From the NCBI RefSeq assembly GCF_001677475.2, contig NZ_CP015229.1: DNA of 64,000 nt; one strand, written 5' to 3'. This DNA is from Escherichia coli. GTDB taxonomy: Bacteria > Pseudomonadota > Gammaproteobacteria > Enterobacterales > Enterobacteriaceae. A model generated the notes under the pieces. The model was not told the DNA's origin. It ran no database searches and saw nothing but the letters and a program-made list of their open reading frames with translations. Below, piece by piece: positions 53,241 to 64,000 of this stretch. Numbering within the stretch: the stretch's first letter is position 1; every line of letters starts with the position of its first letter. The translations under genes were made by a program, and so were the position numbers.

Positions 53241-56200
53241 ATGAACAAAATTTTTAAAGTTATCTGGAACCCTGCGACGGGAAGTTACAGCGTCGCCAGC
53301 GAAACGGCAAAAAGCCGTGGAAAGAAGAGCGGTCGCAGCAAGCTGTTAATTTCTGCGTTGGTTGCCGGTGGGTTGCTGTCGTCGTTCGGGGCGAGTGCTT
53401 CTGTCAGTCTTGATGGTGGTACATATTCTGATGGCACCGAACTTACTGATGCATGGATTGCTATTGGTAAAGGTGCGAAAGCTTCCTCTGTAGGCGGTAG
53501 CACAGCAAGTATTTCTATTGGGGTAAATGCAATCTCTGCTGCTGGGGCTACTGCAGTGGGTTATAACAGTAATGCTACTGGACAAAGTTCAGTATCAATG
53601 GGGCAGCTATCGAAAGCCACAGGGAGCAGGGGGGTTGCTATCGGCAGTGGAGCTAGTGCCATTGGCGACTATACAGTTGCATTAGCGGTTGGCTCCAGTG
53701 CTAGCGGTGAGAGTGCAGTGGCAATAGGTCAAGGTTCCGGAGCCAAAAATAAAGGTAGTGTTGCGTTAGGTAACAGAGCGTCATCATTAGGAGAAAAATC
53801 GGTAGCACTAGGGGTAGACAGTAAGGCCACTGGTGACGATAGCCTGGCATTAGGTAGAAACGCCTTGGGCAATAGCACAGGTTCCATTGCAATGGGTGCC
53901 GCAAGCGAAGCCAATGGATTATATAGTTTGGCATTAGGCGCAAGCAGCGTAGCTAACGCGGACAATACCGTTGCGCTCGGATATGGTGCCAATGCAGCCA
54001 AAGCTGGAGCAATGGCTTTCGGTCAGGCAGGAAAGGCAGATGGTGTAAATTCTATTGCGCTGGGTAATAAAAGTCAGTCAAGCGGCGAAAACAGTATTGT
54101 GCTTGGACAAGAAAGCTATGCTGGTAGTGAAAAAAGTATTGCGATTGGTAGCCTGTCCAACGTAACCGGTGTTAACTCCGTTGCTCTGGGCACAGAGTCT
54201 ACTGCCGTGGAAGATAATACTGTTTCAGTAGGTAACGACACGCTGCAGCGTAAAATTGTCCATATGGGAAAAGGCGATATTAGCAGTACCAGTACTGATG
54301 CCATCAATGGTTCACAGCTTTATGATATCAGTAAGTCAGTTGCAGACCGTCTGGGCGGCGGTGCCTCCGTGAGTACTGCCGGGGTTGTTAACGCCCCTAA
54401 CTACAAACTGCAAAGTGGTAACTTTAATAATGTTGGCGACGCATTAAAGGGTCTTGATGATAATACGTTGCAATGGGACTCGCTTAAAAAAGTCTACAGT
54501 GCAAAACACGGTTCCGATGCCACCAGCAAAATCACCAACGTTACGGCGGGTGAGCTGAACGCATCCAGTACCGACGCCGTTAACGGTTCTCAGTTGAAAA
54601 CCACTAACGACAATGTGGCAACCAACACCACTAATATCAGCAACCTGACCGGCGAAGTTGCTAACAACACCACCAATATCACTAACCTGACGAATGATGT
54701 TGCCGCCAACACCACCAGTATCACCAACCTGGCTGATACGGTGACTAACCTTGGTGAAGATGCGCTGAAATGGGATGACACCGCTGGCGTATTCACTGCT
54801 GCACACGGCACCGAAGCCACCAACAAAATCACCAATGTTACGGCAGGTGAGCTGACGGAGACCAGTACCGATGCGGTTAACGGTTCTCAGTTGAAAACCA
54901 CTAACGATAACGTGGCAACCAACACCACCAGTATCACCAACCTGACTGATACAGTGACTAACCTTGGTGCCGACGCGCTGGCATGGGATGACGCCTCAGG
55001 TGCATTCACCGCCAAACACGGCACCGAAGCCACCAACAAAATCACTAACGTTACGGCAGGTGAACTGACGGAGACCAGTACCGATGCCGTTAACGGTTCT
55101 CAGTTGAAAACCACTAACGATAACGTGGCAACCAACACCACCAATATCAGCAACCTGACCGGCGAAGTTGCTAACAACACCACCAACATCACTAACCTGA
55201 CGAATGATGTTGCCGCCAACACCACCAGTATCACCAACCTGGCTGATACGGTGACTAACCTTGGTGCCGACGCGCTGGCATGGGATGACGCCTCAGGTGC
55301 ATTCACCGCCAAACACGGCACCGAAGCCACCAACAAAATCACTAACGTTACGGCGGGTGAGCTGACGGAGACCAGTACTGATGCCGTTAACGGTTCTCAG
55401 TTAAAAACCACTAACGACAATGTGGCAACCAACACCACCAACATCACCAATCTGGCTGATACGGTGAACAACCTCGGTGAAGATGCGCTGAAATGGGATG
55501 ACGCCGCAAGCGCATTCACCGCTGCACACGGCACCGAAGCCACCAGCAAAATCACTAACGTCACCGCTGGAACAATCTCGTCTACCAGTACCGACGCTGT
55601 TAACGGTGGGCAACTCTTTAGCTTAAGTGATTCACTGGCAGACTATTTTGGCGGTAACGCCTCGGTTGATGAAAACGGTGTATTTACTGGCCCGTCCTAC
55701 ACCATCGGTAGCAACAGCTACGATAACGTAGGTGATGCGCTGGCGGCGATTAACACCTCCTTTAGCACTTCACTGGGCGACGCTCTGCTGTGGGATGAAA
55801 CGGCAAGTGCATTCAGCGCCGGCCACGGTGGCAATGCCAGCAAAATTACCAATGTCGCAAACGGTACTATTTCTGAAACCAGCACCGATGCCATCAATGG
55901 TGGGCAACTCTACGGTGTGAGCAACTCTGTTGTTGATGCCCTGGGCGGTGGCGCCGCAGTAAATGCTGACGGTAGCATCAGTGCGCCGACGTACTCCATT
56001 GCTGATACCGATTACAATAACGTCGGTGATGCTCTGGACGCGATCGACTCAACCCTGGATGATGCGCTGCTCTGGGACGCAACCGCCGGTGAAAATGGTG
56101 CGTTCAGCGCCAGCCGCGATGGCAAAGCCAGCGTAATCACTAATGTTGCTAATGGTGATATTTCTGAAACCAGTACTGATGCAATTAATGGTTCACAGTT

Positions 56201-57905
56201 GTTCGCCACCAACACGTTGATCAATCAGCAAAATGAGATCATCAACCAGATTGCCGGTAATACCAGCACAGACTACATCGAAGAGAACGGTGCGGGTCTG
56301 AACTATGCGCGTACTAATGACACCGGCTTAACCTTTATTGATGCGAGCGCATCAGGTACTGGCGCTACAGCGGTGGGTTATAACGCTGTCGCTTCCGGCG
56401 AAAGCAGTGTCGCAATTGGTCAGAATAGCAGCAGCAGCGTTGATACTGGTATCGCGCTGGGTAGCGAATCCGTCTCCAGCCGTGTGATTGTTAAAGGTTC
56501 TCGTAACACCAGCGTAACCGAAGAAGGCGTTGTGATTGGTTACGACACCACTGACGGCGAACTGCTTGGTGCATTGTCGATTGGCGATGATGGTAAGTAC
56601 CGTCAGATCATCAACGTTGCTGATGGTACTGAATCCCATGACGCCGTGACTGTACGCCAGTTGCAAAACGCCATTGGTGCGGTCGCCACTACGCCGACCA
56701 AGTACTACCATGCCAACTCAACGGAAGAAGATTCACTGGCGGTAGGTACTGACTCGCTGGCGATGGGCGCGAAAACTATCGTCAATGGTAATGCGGGTAT
56801 TGGTATCGGCCTGAATACTCTGGTTCTGGCAGATGCCATCAACGGTATTGCTATCGGTTCTAACGCACGCGCCAACCATGCAAACAGTATTGCAATGGGT
56901 AATGGTTCTCAGACCACTCGCGGCGCTCAGACTGGCTACACCGCCTACAACATGGACGCGCCGCAGAACTCTGTCGGTGAGTTCTCTGTCGGCAGTGAAG
57001 ACGGTCAACGTCAGATCACTAATGTCGCGGCGGGTTCGGCAGATACCGATGCCGTTAACGTTGGTCAGTTGAAAGTGACGGACGCACAGGTTTCCCAGAA
57101 CACCCAGAGCATTACTAACCTGAATACTCAGGTAACGAATCTGGATACCCGCGTCACCAATATCGAAAACGGTATTGGCGATATCGTAAGCACCGGTAGC
57201 ACCAAGTACTTCAAGACCAACACCGATGGCGTAGATGCTAACGCGCAGGGTAAAGACAGTGTTGCGATTGGCTCTGGCTCTATTGCTGCCGCTGATAACA
57301 GCGTTGCGCTGGGTACTGGCTCTGTGGCAAACGAAGAAAATACGATCTCCGTAGGTTCTTCCACTAACCAACGCCGTATCACCAACGTTGCCGCTGGTAA
57401 AAATGCTACTGACGCGGTTAACGTTGCGCAGTTGAAGTCTTCCGAAGCAGGCGGCGTGCGCTATGACACCAAAGCTGACGGTTCTGTTGATTACAGCAAC
57501 ATCACTCTCGGCGGTGGTAATGGCGGAACGACTCGCATCAGCAACGTTTCCGCTGGCGTTAACAACAACGACGCGGTGAACTACGCGCAGTTGAAGCAAA
57601 GCGTGCAGGAAACGAAGCAATACACCGATCAGCGCATGGTTGAGATGGATAACAAACTGTCCAAAACCGAAAGCAAGTTGAGCGGTGGTATCGCTTCTGC
57701 AATGGCGATGACCGGTCTGCCGCAGGCTTACACGCCAGGTGCCAGCATGGCCTCCATTGGTGGCGGTACATACAACGGTGAATCGGCTGTTGCTTTAGGT
57801 GTGTCGATGGTGAGCGCCAACGGTCGTTGGGTCTACAAATTACAAGGTAGTACCAATAGCCAGGGTGAATACTCCGCCGCACTTGGTGCCGGTATTCAGT
57901 GGTAA
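53241..57905 (+). CDS. upaG: Trimeric autotransporter adhesin (YadA-like head/stalk repeats and C-terminal membrane anchor), UpaG/EhaG/SadA-like
   Basis: 1554 aa; extended signal peptide [27 protein letters not shown]...; many head-type repeats (SVALG, NSIALG, AVAIG); neck-like motifs (TDAVNGSQL); tandem stalk repeats; C-terminal YadA-type anchor ending ...AALGAGIQW. Confidence 0.8.
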   Translation: MNKIFKVIWNPATGSYSVASETAKSRGKKSGRSKLLISALVAGGLLSSFGASASVSLDGGTYSDGTELTDAWIAIGKGAKASSVGGSTASISIGVNAISAAGATAVGYNSNATGQSSVSMGQLSKATGSRGVAIGSGASAIGDYTVALAVGSSASGESAVAIGQGSGAKNKGSVALGNRASSLGEKSVALGVDSKATGDDSLALGRNALGNSTGSIAMGAASEANGLYSLALGASSVANADNTVALGYGANAAKAGAMAFGQAGKADGVNSIALGNKSQSSGENSIVLGQESYAGSEKSIAIGSLSNVTGVNSVALGTESTAVEDNTVSVGNDTLQRKIVHMGKGDISSTSTDAINGSQLYDISKSVADRLGGGASVSTAGVVNAPNYKLQSGNFNNVGDALKGLDDNTLQWDSLKKVYSAKHGSDATSKITNVTAGELNASSTDAVNGSQLKTTNDNVATNTTNISNLTGEVANNTTNITNLTNDVAANTTSITNLADTVTNLGEDALKWDDTAGVFTAAHGTEATNKITNVTAGELTETSTDAVNGSQLKTTNDNVATNTTSITNLTDTVTNLGADALAWDDASGAFTAKHGTEATNKITNVTAGELTETSTDAVNGSQLKTTNDNVATNTTNISNLTGEVANNTTNITNLTNDVAANTTSITNLADTVTNLGADALAWDDASGAFTAKHGTEATNKITNVTAGELTETSTDAVNGSQLKTTNDNVATNTTNITNLADTVNNLGEDALKWDDAASAFTAAHGTEATSKITNVTAGTISSTSTDAVNGGQLFSLSDSLADYFGGNASVDENGVFTGPSYTIGSNSYDNVGDALAAINTSFSTSLGDALLWDETASAFSAGHGGNASKITNVANGTISETSTDAINGGQLYGVSNSVVDALGGGAAVNADGSISAPTYSIADTDYNNVGDALDAIDSTLDDALLWDATAGENGAFSASRDGKASVITNVANGDISETSTDAINGSQLFATNTLINQQNEIINQIAGNTSTDYIEENGAGLNYARTNDTGLTFIDASASGTGATAVGYNAVASGESSVAIGQNSSSSVDTGIALGSESVSSRVIVKGSRNTSVTEEGVVIGYDTTDGELLGALSIGDDGKYRQIINVADGTESHDAVTVRQLQNAIGAVATTPTKYYHANSTEEDSLAVGTDSLAMGAKTIVNGNAGIGIGLNTLVLADAINGIAIGSNARANHANSIAMGNGSQTTRGAQTGYTAYNMDAPQNSVGEFSVGSEDGQRQITNVAAGSADTDAVNVGQLKVTDAQVSQNTQSITNLNTQVTNLDTRVTNIENGIGDIVSTGSTKYFKTNTDGVDANAQGKDSVAIGSGSIAAADNSVALGTGSVANEENTISVGSSTNQRRITNVAAGKNATDAVNVAQLKSSEAGGVRYDTKADGSVDYSNITLGGGNGGTTRISNVSAGVNNNDAVNYAQLKQSVQETKQYTDQRMVEMDNKLSKTESKLSGGIASAMAMTGLPQAYTPGASMASIGGGTYNGESAVALGVSMVSANGRWVYKLQGSTNSQGEYSAALGAGIQW
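54540..55600 (+). repeat. In-frame tandem coding repeats (alternating ~297-nt and ~213-nt units) within the adhesin stalk
   Basis: GTTAACGGTTCTCAGTTGAAAACCACTAACGA recurs at about 54579, 54875, 55088 and 55385; the encoded 99-aa and 71-aa units ([21 protein letters not shown]...[21 protein letters not shown]) are near-identical at nucleotide level. Confidence 0.9.
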
Positions 57906-57907
57906 TG

Positions 57908-57925
57908 ACCCATTAACAAATGGGT
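57908..57925 (+). terminator. Stem-loop immediately after the adhesin stop codon
   Basis: ACCCATT AACA AATGGGT, a perfect 7-bp inverted repeat 3 nt after TAA; no strong T-run, so terminator function is uncertain. Confidence 0.4.
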
Positions 57926-57945
57926 AAACGCCAAATTGCCTGATG

Positions 57946-58022
57946 CGCTACGCTTATCAGGCCTACAGGGGATTCTGCACATTCCTGTAGGCCGGATAAG
58001 GCGTTCACGCCGCATCCGGCAA
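57946..58022. repeat. BIME: pair of inverted REP elements
   Basis: GCCTGATGCGCTACGCTTATCAGGCCTAC and GTAGGCCGGATAAGGCGTTCACGCCGCATCCGGCA. Confidence 0.85.
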
Positions 58023-58321
58023 GATAAGACGCACCAGGTCAATGGTCTAAGGGCAATTCTCTGACGGGGATTGCCCTTTTCTTTACCAGACATCTCCCTA
58101 TCAAAAAATTGGCCCTACCAATTCTTCGCTTATCTGACCACTGGTTCACAGTTCCCCAATTAAAACTCACATTAACGTTGCCAATACAAAACATTTAGTT
58201 AACTATTCATTGTCATTATCCCTACACAACAAAATTGGCAGTGCCACTTTTACACAACGTGTGACAAGGAGATGAGCAACAGACTCATTACACGATGTGC
58301 GTGGCCTCCAGGAGACCTGCA

Positions 58322-59977
58322 ATGAATCTCTGGCAACAAAACTACGATCCCGCCGGGAATATCTGGCTTTCCAGCCTGATAGCATCGCTTCCCATCCTGT
58401 TTTTTTTCTTTGCGCTTATTAAGCTCAAACTAAAAGGCTATGTCGCCGCTACATGGACAGTCGTTATCGCTCTGACTGTCGCGCTATTGTTCTACAAAAT
58501 GCCGGTCGCCAATGCGCTGGCCTCAGTGGTTTATGGCTTCTTCTACGGTTTGTGGCCCATCGCGTGGATCATTATTGCAGCGGTGTTCGTCTATAAGATC
58601 TCGGTGAAAACCGGACAGTTTGACATCATCCGCTCGTCTATTCTTTCAATAACCCCTGACCAGCGCCTGCAAATGCTGATCGTCGGTTTCTGTTTCGGCG
58701 CATTTCTCGAAGGTGCCGCAGGCTTTGGCGCACCGGTAGCAATTACCGCCGCATTGCTGGTCGGGCTGGGCTTTAAACCGCTGTACGCCGCCGGGCTGTG
58801 CCTGATTGTTAACACCGCGCCGGTGGCATTTGGCGCGATGGGTATTCCGATTCTGGTTGCCGGACAGGTAACAGGCATCGACAGCTTTGAGATTGGCCAG
58901 ATGGTGGGACGTCAGCTACCGTTTATGACCATTATCGTGCTGTTCTGGATCATGGCGATTATGGACGGCTGGCGGGGTATCAAAGAGACGTGGCCTGCGG
59001 TCGTGGTCGCGGGAGGCTCGTTTGCCATCGCACAGTACCTTAGCTCTAACTTTATTGGGCCGGAACTGCCGGACATTATCTCTTCGCTGGTATCGCTGCT
59101 CTGCCTGACACTGTTCCTCAAACGTTGGCAGCCGGTGCGCGTTTTCCGCTTCGGCGATCTGGGCGCATCGCAAGTTGATATGACGCTGGCTCATACCGGT
59201 TACACCGCAGGTCAGGTGTTACGCGCCTGGACACCGTTCCTGTTCCTGACCGCCACCGTAACGCTGTGGAGTATTCCGCCGTTTAAAGCCCTGTTCGCTT
59301 CGGGTGGTGCGCTGTATGAATGGGTGATCAATATTCCGGTGCCGTACCTCAATAAACTGGTTGCCCGTATGCCGCCAGTGGTCAGCGAAGCGACAGCGTA
59401 TGCCGCCGTGTTTAAGTTCGACTGGTTCTCTGCCACCGGTACCGCCATTCTTTTTGCTGCCCTGCTCTCGATTGTCTGGCTGAAGATGAAACCATCTGAC
59501 GCTATCAGCACCTTCGGCAGCACGCTGAAAGAACTGGCTCTGCCCATCTACTCCATCGGTATGGTGCTGGCGTTCGCCTTTATCTCGAACTATTCCGGAC
59601 TATCATCAACGCTGGCGCTGGCACTGGCGCACACCGGCCATGCATTCACCTTCTTCTCGCCGTTCCTCGGCTGGCTTGGTGTCTTCCTGACCGGATCGGA
59701 TACCTCATCTAACGCCCTGTTCGCCGCCCTGCAAGCCACTGCAGCACAACAAATTGGCGTTTCTGACCTGTTGTTGGTTGCCGCCAACACCACCGGTGGT
59801 GTCACCGGTAAGATGATCTCTCCGCAATCTATCGCTATCGCCTGTGCGGCGGTAGGCCTGGTAGGCAAAGAGTCAGATCTGTTCCGCTTTACCGTCAAAC
59901 ACAGCCTGATCTTCACCTGTATGGTGGGCGTGATTACCACGCTTCAGGCCTACGTCTTAACGTGGATGATTCCGTAA
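58322..59977 (+). CDS. lldP: L-lactate permease
   Basis: Start at internal ATG 58322 ([30 protein letters not shown]...), 551 aa, polytopic membrane protein recognised as LldP. Confidence 0.95.
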   Translation: MNLWQQNYDPAGNIWLSSLIASLPILFFFFALIKLKLKGYVAATWTVVIALTVALLFYKMPVANALASVVYGFFYGLWPIAWIIIAAVFVYKISVKTGQFDIIRSSILSITPDQRLQMLIVGFCFGAFLEGAAGFGAPVAITAALLVGLGFKPLYAAGLCLIVNTAPVAFGAMGIPILVAGQVTGIDSFEIGQMVGRQLPFMTIIVLFWIMAIMDGWRGIKETWPAVVVAGGSFAIAQYLSSNFIGPELPDIISSLVSLLCLTLFLKRWQPVRVFRFGDLGASQVDMTLAHTGYTAGQVLRAWTPFLFLTATVTLWSIPPFKALFASGGALYEWVINIPVPYLNKLVARMPPVVSEATAYAAVFKFDWFSATGTAILFAALLSIVWLKMKPSDAISTFGSTLKELALPIYSIGMVLAFAFISNYSGLSSTLALALAHTGHAFTFFSPFLGWLGVFLTGSDTSSNALFAALQATAAQQIGVSDLLLVAANTTGGVTGKMISPQSIAIACAAVGLVGKESDLFRFTVKHSLIFTCMVGVITTLQAYVLTWMIP

Positions 59978-60753
59978 TGATGGTTATACCCAGACGCCTG
60001 TCAGACGAGGTAGCTTCCCGTGTGCGGGCGCTGATTGAAGAACAAAATCTGGAACCGGGCATGAAGTTGCCCGCTGAACGCCAACTGGCGATGCAGCTCG
60101 GCGTGTCGCGTAATTCACTGCGCGAGGCGCTGGCGAAACTGGTGAGTGAAGGTGTGCTTCTTAGTCGTCGCGGTGGCGGGACGTTTATTCGCTGGCGCCA
60201 TGACGTGTGGTCGGAACAAAACATCGTCCAGCCGCTGAAAACGCTAATGGCCGATGATCCGGATTACAGCTTCGATATTCTGGAAGCCCGCTACGCCATT
60301 GAGGCCAGCACCGCCTGGCACGCAGCAATGCGTGCCACACAAGCCGATAAAGAAAAGATACAGCTCTGCTTTGAAGCGACGCTGAGTGAAGACCCGGATC
60401 TCGCCTCGCAAGCGGACGTTCGTTTTCATCTGGCAATTGCCGAAGCCTCACATAACATCGTGCTGCTGCAAACCATGCGCGGTTTCTTTGATGTCCTGCA
60501 ATCTTCAGTGATGCAAAGTCGTCAGCGGATGTATCTGGTGCCGCCCGTTTTTTCGCAACTGACTGAACAGCATCAGGCGGTCATTAACGCCATTTTTGCC
60601 GGTGATGCCGACGGTGCGCGTAAAGCAATGATGTCGCACCTCAGCTTTGTCCACACCACCATGAAACGATTCGATGAAGATCAGGCTCGCCGTGCACGCA
60701 TTACCCGCCTGCCCGGTGAGCATAATGAGCATTCGAGGGAGAAAAACGCATGA
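59977..60753 (+). CDS. lldR: GntR/FadR-family L-lactate operon regulator
   Basis: Start at ATG 59977 ([25 protein letters not shown]...), 258 aa; GntR-type HTH (...[25 protein letters not shown]); shares one nucleotide with the lldP stop. Confidence 0.9.
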   Translation: MMVIPRRLSDEVASRVRALIEEQNLEPGMKLPAERQLAMQLGVSRNSLREALAKLVSEGVLLSRRGGGTFIRWRHDVWSEQNIVQPLKTLMADDPDYSFDILEARYAIEASTAWHAAMRATQADKEKIQLCFEATLSEDPDLASQADVRFHLAIAEASHNIVLLQTMRGFFDVLQSSVMQSRQRMYLVPPVFSQLTEQHQAVINAIFAGDADGARKAMMSHLSFVHTTMKRFDEDQARRARITRLPGEHNEHSREKNA

Positions 60754-61940
60754 TTATTTCCGCAGCCAGCGATTATCGCGCCGCAGCGCAACGCATTTTG
60801 CCGCCGTTCCTGTTCCACTATATGGATGGTGGTGCATATTCTGAATACACGCTGCGCCGCAACGTGGAGGATTTGTCAGAAGTGGCGCTGCGCCAGCGTA
60901 TTCTGAAAAACATGTCCGACTTAAGCCTGGAAACGACGCTGTTTAATGAGAAATTGTCGATGCCAGTGGCGCTGGCTCCGGTGGGTTTGTGCGGCATGTA
61001 TGCGCGTCGCGGCGAAGTTCAGGCAGCCAAAGCGGCTGATGCGCATGGCATTCCGTTTACTCTCTCAACGGTTTCAGTTTGCCCGATTGAAGAAGTCGCT
61101 CCAGCTATCAAACGTCCGATGTGGTTCCAGCTTTATGTGCTGCGCGATCGCGGCTTTATGCGTAACGCACTGGAACGGGCAAAAGCGGCGGGCTGTTCGA
61201 CACTGGTTTTCACCGTGGATATGCCGACGCCAGGCGCACGTTATCGTGACGCACACTCCGGTATGAGCGGCCCGAATGCCGCAATGCGCCGCTACTTGCA
61301 GGCGGTGACGCATCCGCAATGGGCGTGGGATGTCGGCCTGAACGGTCGTCCACATGATTTAGGTAATATTTCGGCTTACCTCGGCAAACCGACCGGACTG
61401 GAAGATTACATCGGCTGGCTGGGGAATAACTTCGATCCGTCCATCTCATGGAAAGACCTTGAGTGGATCCGCGATTTCTGGGATGGCCCGATGGTGATCA
61501 AAGGGATCCTCGACCCGGAAGATGCGCGTGATGCAGTACGTTTTGGTGCTGACGGGATTGTGGTTTCTAACCACGGTGGCCGCCAGCTGGACGGTGTACT
61601 CTCTTCCGCTCGTGCGCTGCCCGCTATTGCGGATGCGGTAAAAGGTGATATCGCCATTCTGGCGGATAGCGGGATTCGTAACGGGCTTGATGTCGTGCGT
61701 ATGATTGCGCTCGGTGCCGACACCGTACTGCTGGGTCGTGCTTTCCTGTATGCGCTGGCAACAGCGGGCCAGGCGGGTGTAGCTAACCTGCTGAATCTGA
61801 TCGAAAAAGAGATGAAAGTGGCAATGACGCTGACTGGCGCGAAATCGATTAGCGAAATTACGCAAGATTCGCTGGTGCAGGGGCTGGATAAAGAGTTGCC
61901 TGCGGCACTGGCTCCGATGGCGAAAGGGAATGCGGCATAG
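60750..61940 (+). CDS. lldD: L-lactate dehydrogenase (FMN-dependent)
   Basis: 396-aa ORF recognised as LldD, FMN-dependent alpha-hydroxyacid dehydrogenase pattern; 4-nt overlap with lldR. Confidence 0.96.
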   Translation: MIISAASDYRAAAQRILPPFLFHYMDGGAYSEYTLRRNVEDLSEVALRQRILKNMSDLSLETTLFNEKLSMPVALAPVGLCGMYARRGEVQAAKAADAHGIPFTLSTVSVCPIEEVAPAIKRPMWFQLYVLRDRGFMRNALERAKAAGCSTLVFTVDMPTPGARYRDAHSGMSGPNAAMRRYLQAVTHPQWAWDVGLNGRPHDLGNISAYLGKPTGLEDYIGWLGNNFDPSISWKDLEWIRDFWDGPMVIKGILDPEDARDAVRFGADGIVVSNHGGRQLDGVLSSARALPAIADAVKGDIAILADSGIRNGLDVVRMIALGADTVLLGRAFLYALATAGQAGVANLLNLIEKEMKVAMTLTGAKSISEITQDSLVQGLDKELPAALAPMAKGNAA

Positions 61941-62011
61941 TTGGGGTGAGGGGAAAAGGCCGTACCAATCACCAATTTTCTGCTATCCTGCCCCCGCACT
62001 AAGGGGGCAGT

Positions 62012-62485
62012 ATGCTAAACATCGTACTTTACGAACCAGAAATTCCGCCAAATACTGGCAACATCATCCGTCTTTGCGCTAATACCGGCTTTCGTCTACA
62101 TATCATCGAACCGATGGGATTTGCCTGGGACGATAAGCGCCTGCGCCGCGCGGGGCTGGACTATCACGAGTTTACCGCCGTTACGCGTCATCATGACTAT
62201 CGCGCGTTCGTCGAAGCCGAAAATCCCCAGCGCCTGTTTGCCCTCACCACGAAAGGTACGCCTGCTCACAGCGCCGTAAGCTATCAGGATGGCGATTATC
62301 TGATGTTCGGCCCGGAAACGCGCGGCCTGCCAGCAAGCATTCTTGATGCCCTGCCCGCTGAACAAAAAATTCGCATTCCAATGGTGCCGGACAGCCGCAG
62401 CATGAACCTGTCCAATGCGGTGTCGGTCGTGGTGTATGAAGCCTGGCGGCAGTTGGGATATCCGGGAGCGGTGTTGAGAGATTAG
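62012..62485 (+). CDS. trmL: tRNA (cytidine/uridine-2'-O)-methyltransferase TrmL (SPOUT family)
   Basis: 157-aa [37 protein letters not shown]..., recognised as TrmL/YibK. Confidence 0.93.
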   Translation: MLNIVLYEPEIPPNTGNIIRLCANTGFRLHIIEPMGFAWDDKRLRRAGLDYHEFTAVTRHHDYRAFVEAENPQRLFALTTKGTPAHSAVSYQDGDYLMFGPETRGLPASILDALPAEQKIRIPMVPDSRSMNLSNAVSVVVYEAWRQLGYPGAVLRD

Positions 62486-62496
62486 TTACGCCATGC

Positions 62497-62533
62497 CGGA
62501 TAAGATGCGTTATGAACCGCATCGCATCCGGCA
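62497..62533. repeat. REP-like palindromic element
   Basis: GCCGGATAAGATGCGTTATGAACCGCATCGCATCCGGC between trmL and cysE. Confidence 0.7.
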
Positions 62534-62546
62534 TAATCACAGGACA

Positions 62547-63368
62547 TCAGATCCCATCCCCATATTCAAACGTATGGTTAATACCGTTGAAATGCTGATC
62601 CATGTCCATTGACGGTTTATCGCTGTCTGGTTTACCGACAATGCGTGCCGGAACGCCAGCGGCGGTGGTATGCGGCGGCACCGGTTGCAGCACCACGGAA
62701 CCTGCGCCAATCTTCGCGCCGCGCCCAACTTCAATATTGCCGAGGATTTTCGCGCCCGCGCCAATCATCACACCTTCACGAATTTTCGGGTGACGGTCAC
62801 CACCAGATTTACCCGTACCGCCAAGCGTGACAGATTGCAGTATCGACACATCGTTTTCAATCACCGCCGTTTCACCAACGACGATGCCTGTCGCGTGGTC
62901 GAGCATGATACCGCGACCGATTTTTGCTGCCGGGTGAATATCCACCTGGAACGTCACAGAAACCTGGTTTTGCAGAAAGATTGCCAGTGCGCGGCGGCCC
63001 TGATTCCACAGCCAGTGACCGATGCGATAGGCCTGCAAGGCATGAAAACCTTTCAGGTATAACAGTGGGGTTGAGTATTTATCGACTGCCGGGTCGCGGG
63101 TACGTACGGCCTGAATATCGCAGGCCGCAGAAGCGATCATTTCCGGGTCGGCGGCGTAGGCTTCTTCAACCACTTCGCGGATAGCAATGGCAGGCATAAT
63201 TGGCGATGACAGCTTGTTCGCCAGCATGTAGCTCAGTGCACTGCCAAGGTTTTCGTGCTTGAGTAGCGTTGCGTGGTAAAAACTGGCCAGCATTGGCTCA
63301 CAGTCCGCCAGCGTTCTGGCTTCCGCTTTAATATTGTTCCAGACAATTTCCAGTTCTTCACACGACAT
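62547..63368 (-). CDS. cysE: Serine O-acetyltransferase
   Basis: 273 aa; N-terminus MSCEELEIVWNNIKAEAR; C-terminal left-handed beta-helix hexapeptide repeats. Confidence 0.97.
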   Translation of the reverse strand: MSCEELEIVWNNIKAEARTLADCEPMLASFYHATLLKHENLGSALSYMLANKLSSPIMPAIAIREVVEEAYAADPEMIASAACDIQAVRTRDPAVDKYSTPLLYLKGFHALQAYRIGHWLWNQGRRALAIFLQNQVSVTFQVDIHPAAKIGRGIMLDHATGIVVGETAVIENDVSILQSVTLGGTGKSGGDRHPKIREGVMIGAGAKILGNIEVGRGAKIGAGSVVLQPVPPHTTAAGVPARIVGKPDSDKPSMDMDQHFNGINHTFEYGDGI

Positions 63369-63447
63369 TGCTTACTCCACACGATGAGATAATGACCGGC
63401 TCGTTCTGCGCGAGCCGGGTCATAGCGGTAACAAAGGTTCCCTGGGT

Positions 63448-64000
63448 TTAGTGGCTGCTTCGCTCGTCCTTGCGTGCACGACCTAATAACGTCAATGCTG
63501 CCTCGCGCGCGTTTTTTCCGCAATATAATACTTGATAAATTTCCTCGGTTATTGGCATTTCAACGCCGAAGCGATGCGCCAGTTCGCGGACTTCTTTCGT
63601 ATTGCGGTAGCCTTCCACCACCTGACCAATCTTCTCTTGCGCGCTTTGTACATCCATGCCCTGACCGAGCATCATGCCAAAACGGCGGTTACGCGACTGG
63701 TTGTCGGTACAGGTAAGCACCAGATCGCCCAGCCCCGCCATGCCCATAAAGGTGGCAGGATCGGCACCCAGCGCCGCGCCAAGACGCGACATTTCAGCCA
63801 GGCCACGGGTGATTAGCGCCGTACGCGCATTCGCGCCAAAACCGATACCGTCGGACATCCCCGCGCCAATGGCAATGACGTTTTTCACCGCGCCGCCAAG
63901 CTGCACGCCAATGAAATCCGGGTTACTGTAAACGCGGAAACTTTTACCGCAGTGCAGCAGCTGCTGAAGATCATCAGCAAAAGTTTGGTCGGTCGAGGCC
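63448..64000 (-). CDS. gpsA: Glycerol-3-phosphate dehydrogenase [NAD(P)+], C-terminal part (gene continues beyond the window end)
   Basis: Reading frame open from the window edge to the stop at 63448; C-terminal sequence ...[59 protein letters not shown] recognised as GpsA. Confidence 0.9.
   Translation of the reverse strand, partial: ASTDQTFADDLQQLLHCGKSFRVYSNPDFIGVQLGGAVKNVIAIGAGMSDGIGFGANARTALITRGLAEMSRLGAALGADPATFMGMAGLGDLVLTCTDNQSRNRRFGMMLGQGMDVQSAQEKIGQVVEGYRNTKEVRELAHRFGVEMPITEEIYQVLYCGKNAREAALTLLGRARKDERSSH

Noticed and set aside
54540-55600. Possible CRISPR array, because of regularly spaced identical sequence blocks
   Set aside because: The repeats are 213-297 nt long, in frame within a large ORF, with no short repeat-spacer periodicity, leader or cas genes; they are coding tandem repeats.
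56733-57620. 295-aa minus-strand ORF (and several 60-120-aa ORFs on both strands) inside the adhesin gene
   Set aside because: Frame-shifted or antisense readings of the repetitive adhesin coding sequence; the duplicated 80-aa minus-strand ORFs (54590..54835 and 55100..55342) merely mirror the tandem repeats.

Overview
This window reads as an Escherichia coli-type chromosomal segment, collinear with the K-12 yhjX-to-gpsA region. All gene names are assigned by recognition of the translated ORFs and remembered gene order; no database search or alignment was run. I call 54 protein-coding genes, including tag, bisC, cspA, glyQS, xylBA/xylFGHR, malS, avtA, aldB, selAB, mtlADR, lldPRD, cysE and a partial gpsA. 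I did not recognise any rRNA, tRNA, CRISPR array, IS element, integrase or prophage gene. Non-coding features are several REP/BIME palindromic repeat clusters, the cspA promoter, 5'UTR and terminator, and a block of tandem coding repeats inside a large adhesin gene. Four places differ from the K-12 layout as I remember it: (1) an apparently intact hokA type I toxin locus between cspA and glyS, with no IS150; (2) an AraC regulator + GPH sugar symporter + GH127 glycoside hydrolase module where K-12 has yiaJ-yiaKLMNO-lyxK-sgbHUE; (3) no rhsA element between yibF and yibH; (4) a SadB-like inner-membrane lipoprotein plus a 1554-aa UpaG/EhaG/SadA-type trimeric autotransporter adhesin between yibL and lldP. 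I could not demonstrate a clearly novel system. The best candidates for uncharacterised biology are the two paralogous cassettes yiaW-yiaV and yibI-yibH (a small two-helix membrane protein coupled to a transporter-less HlyD-type protein) and the GH127 module.
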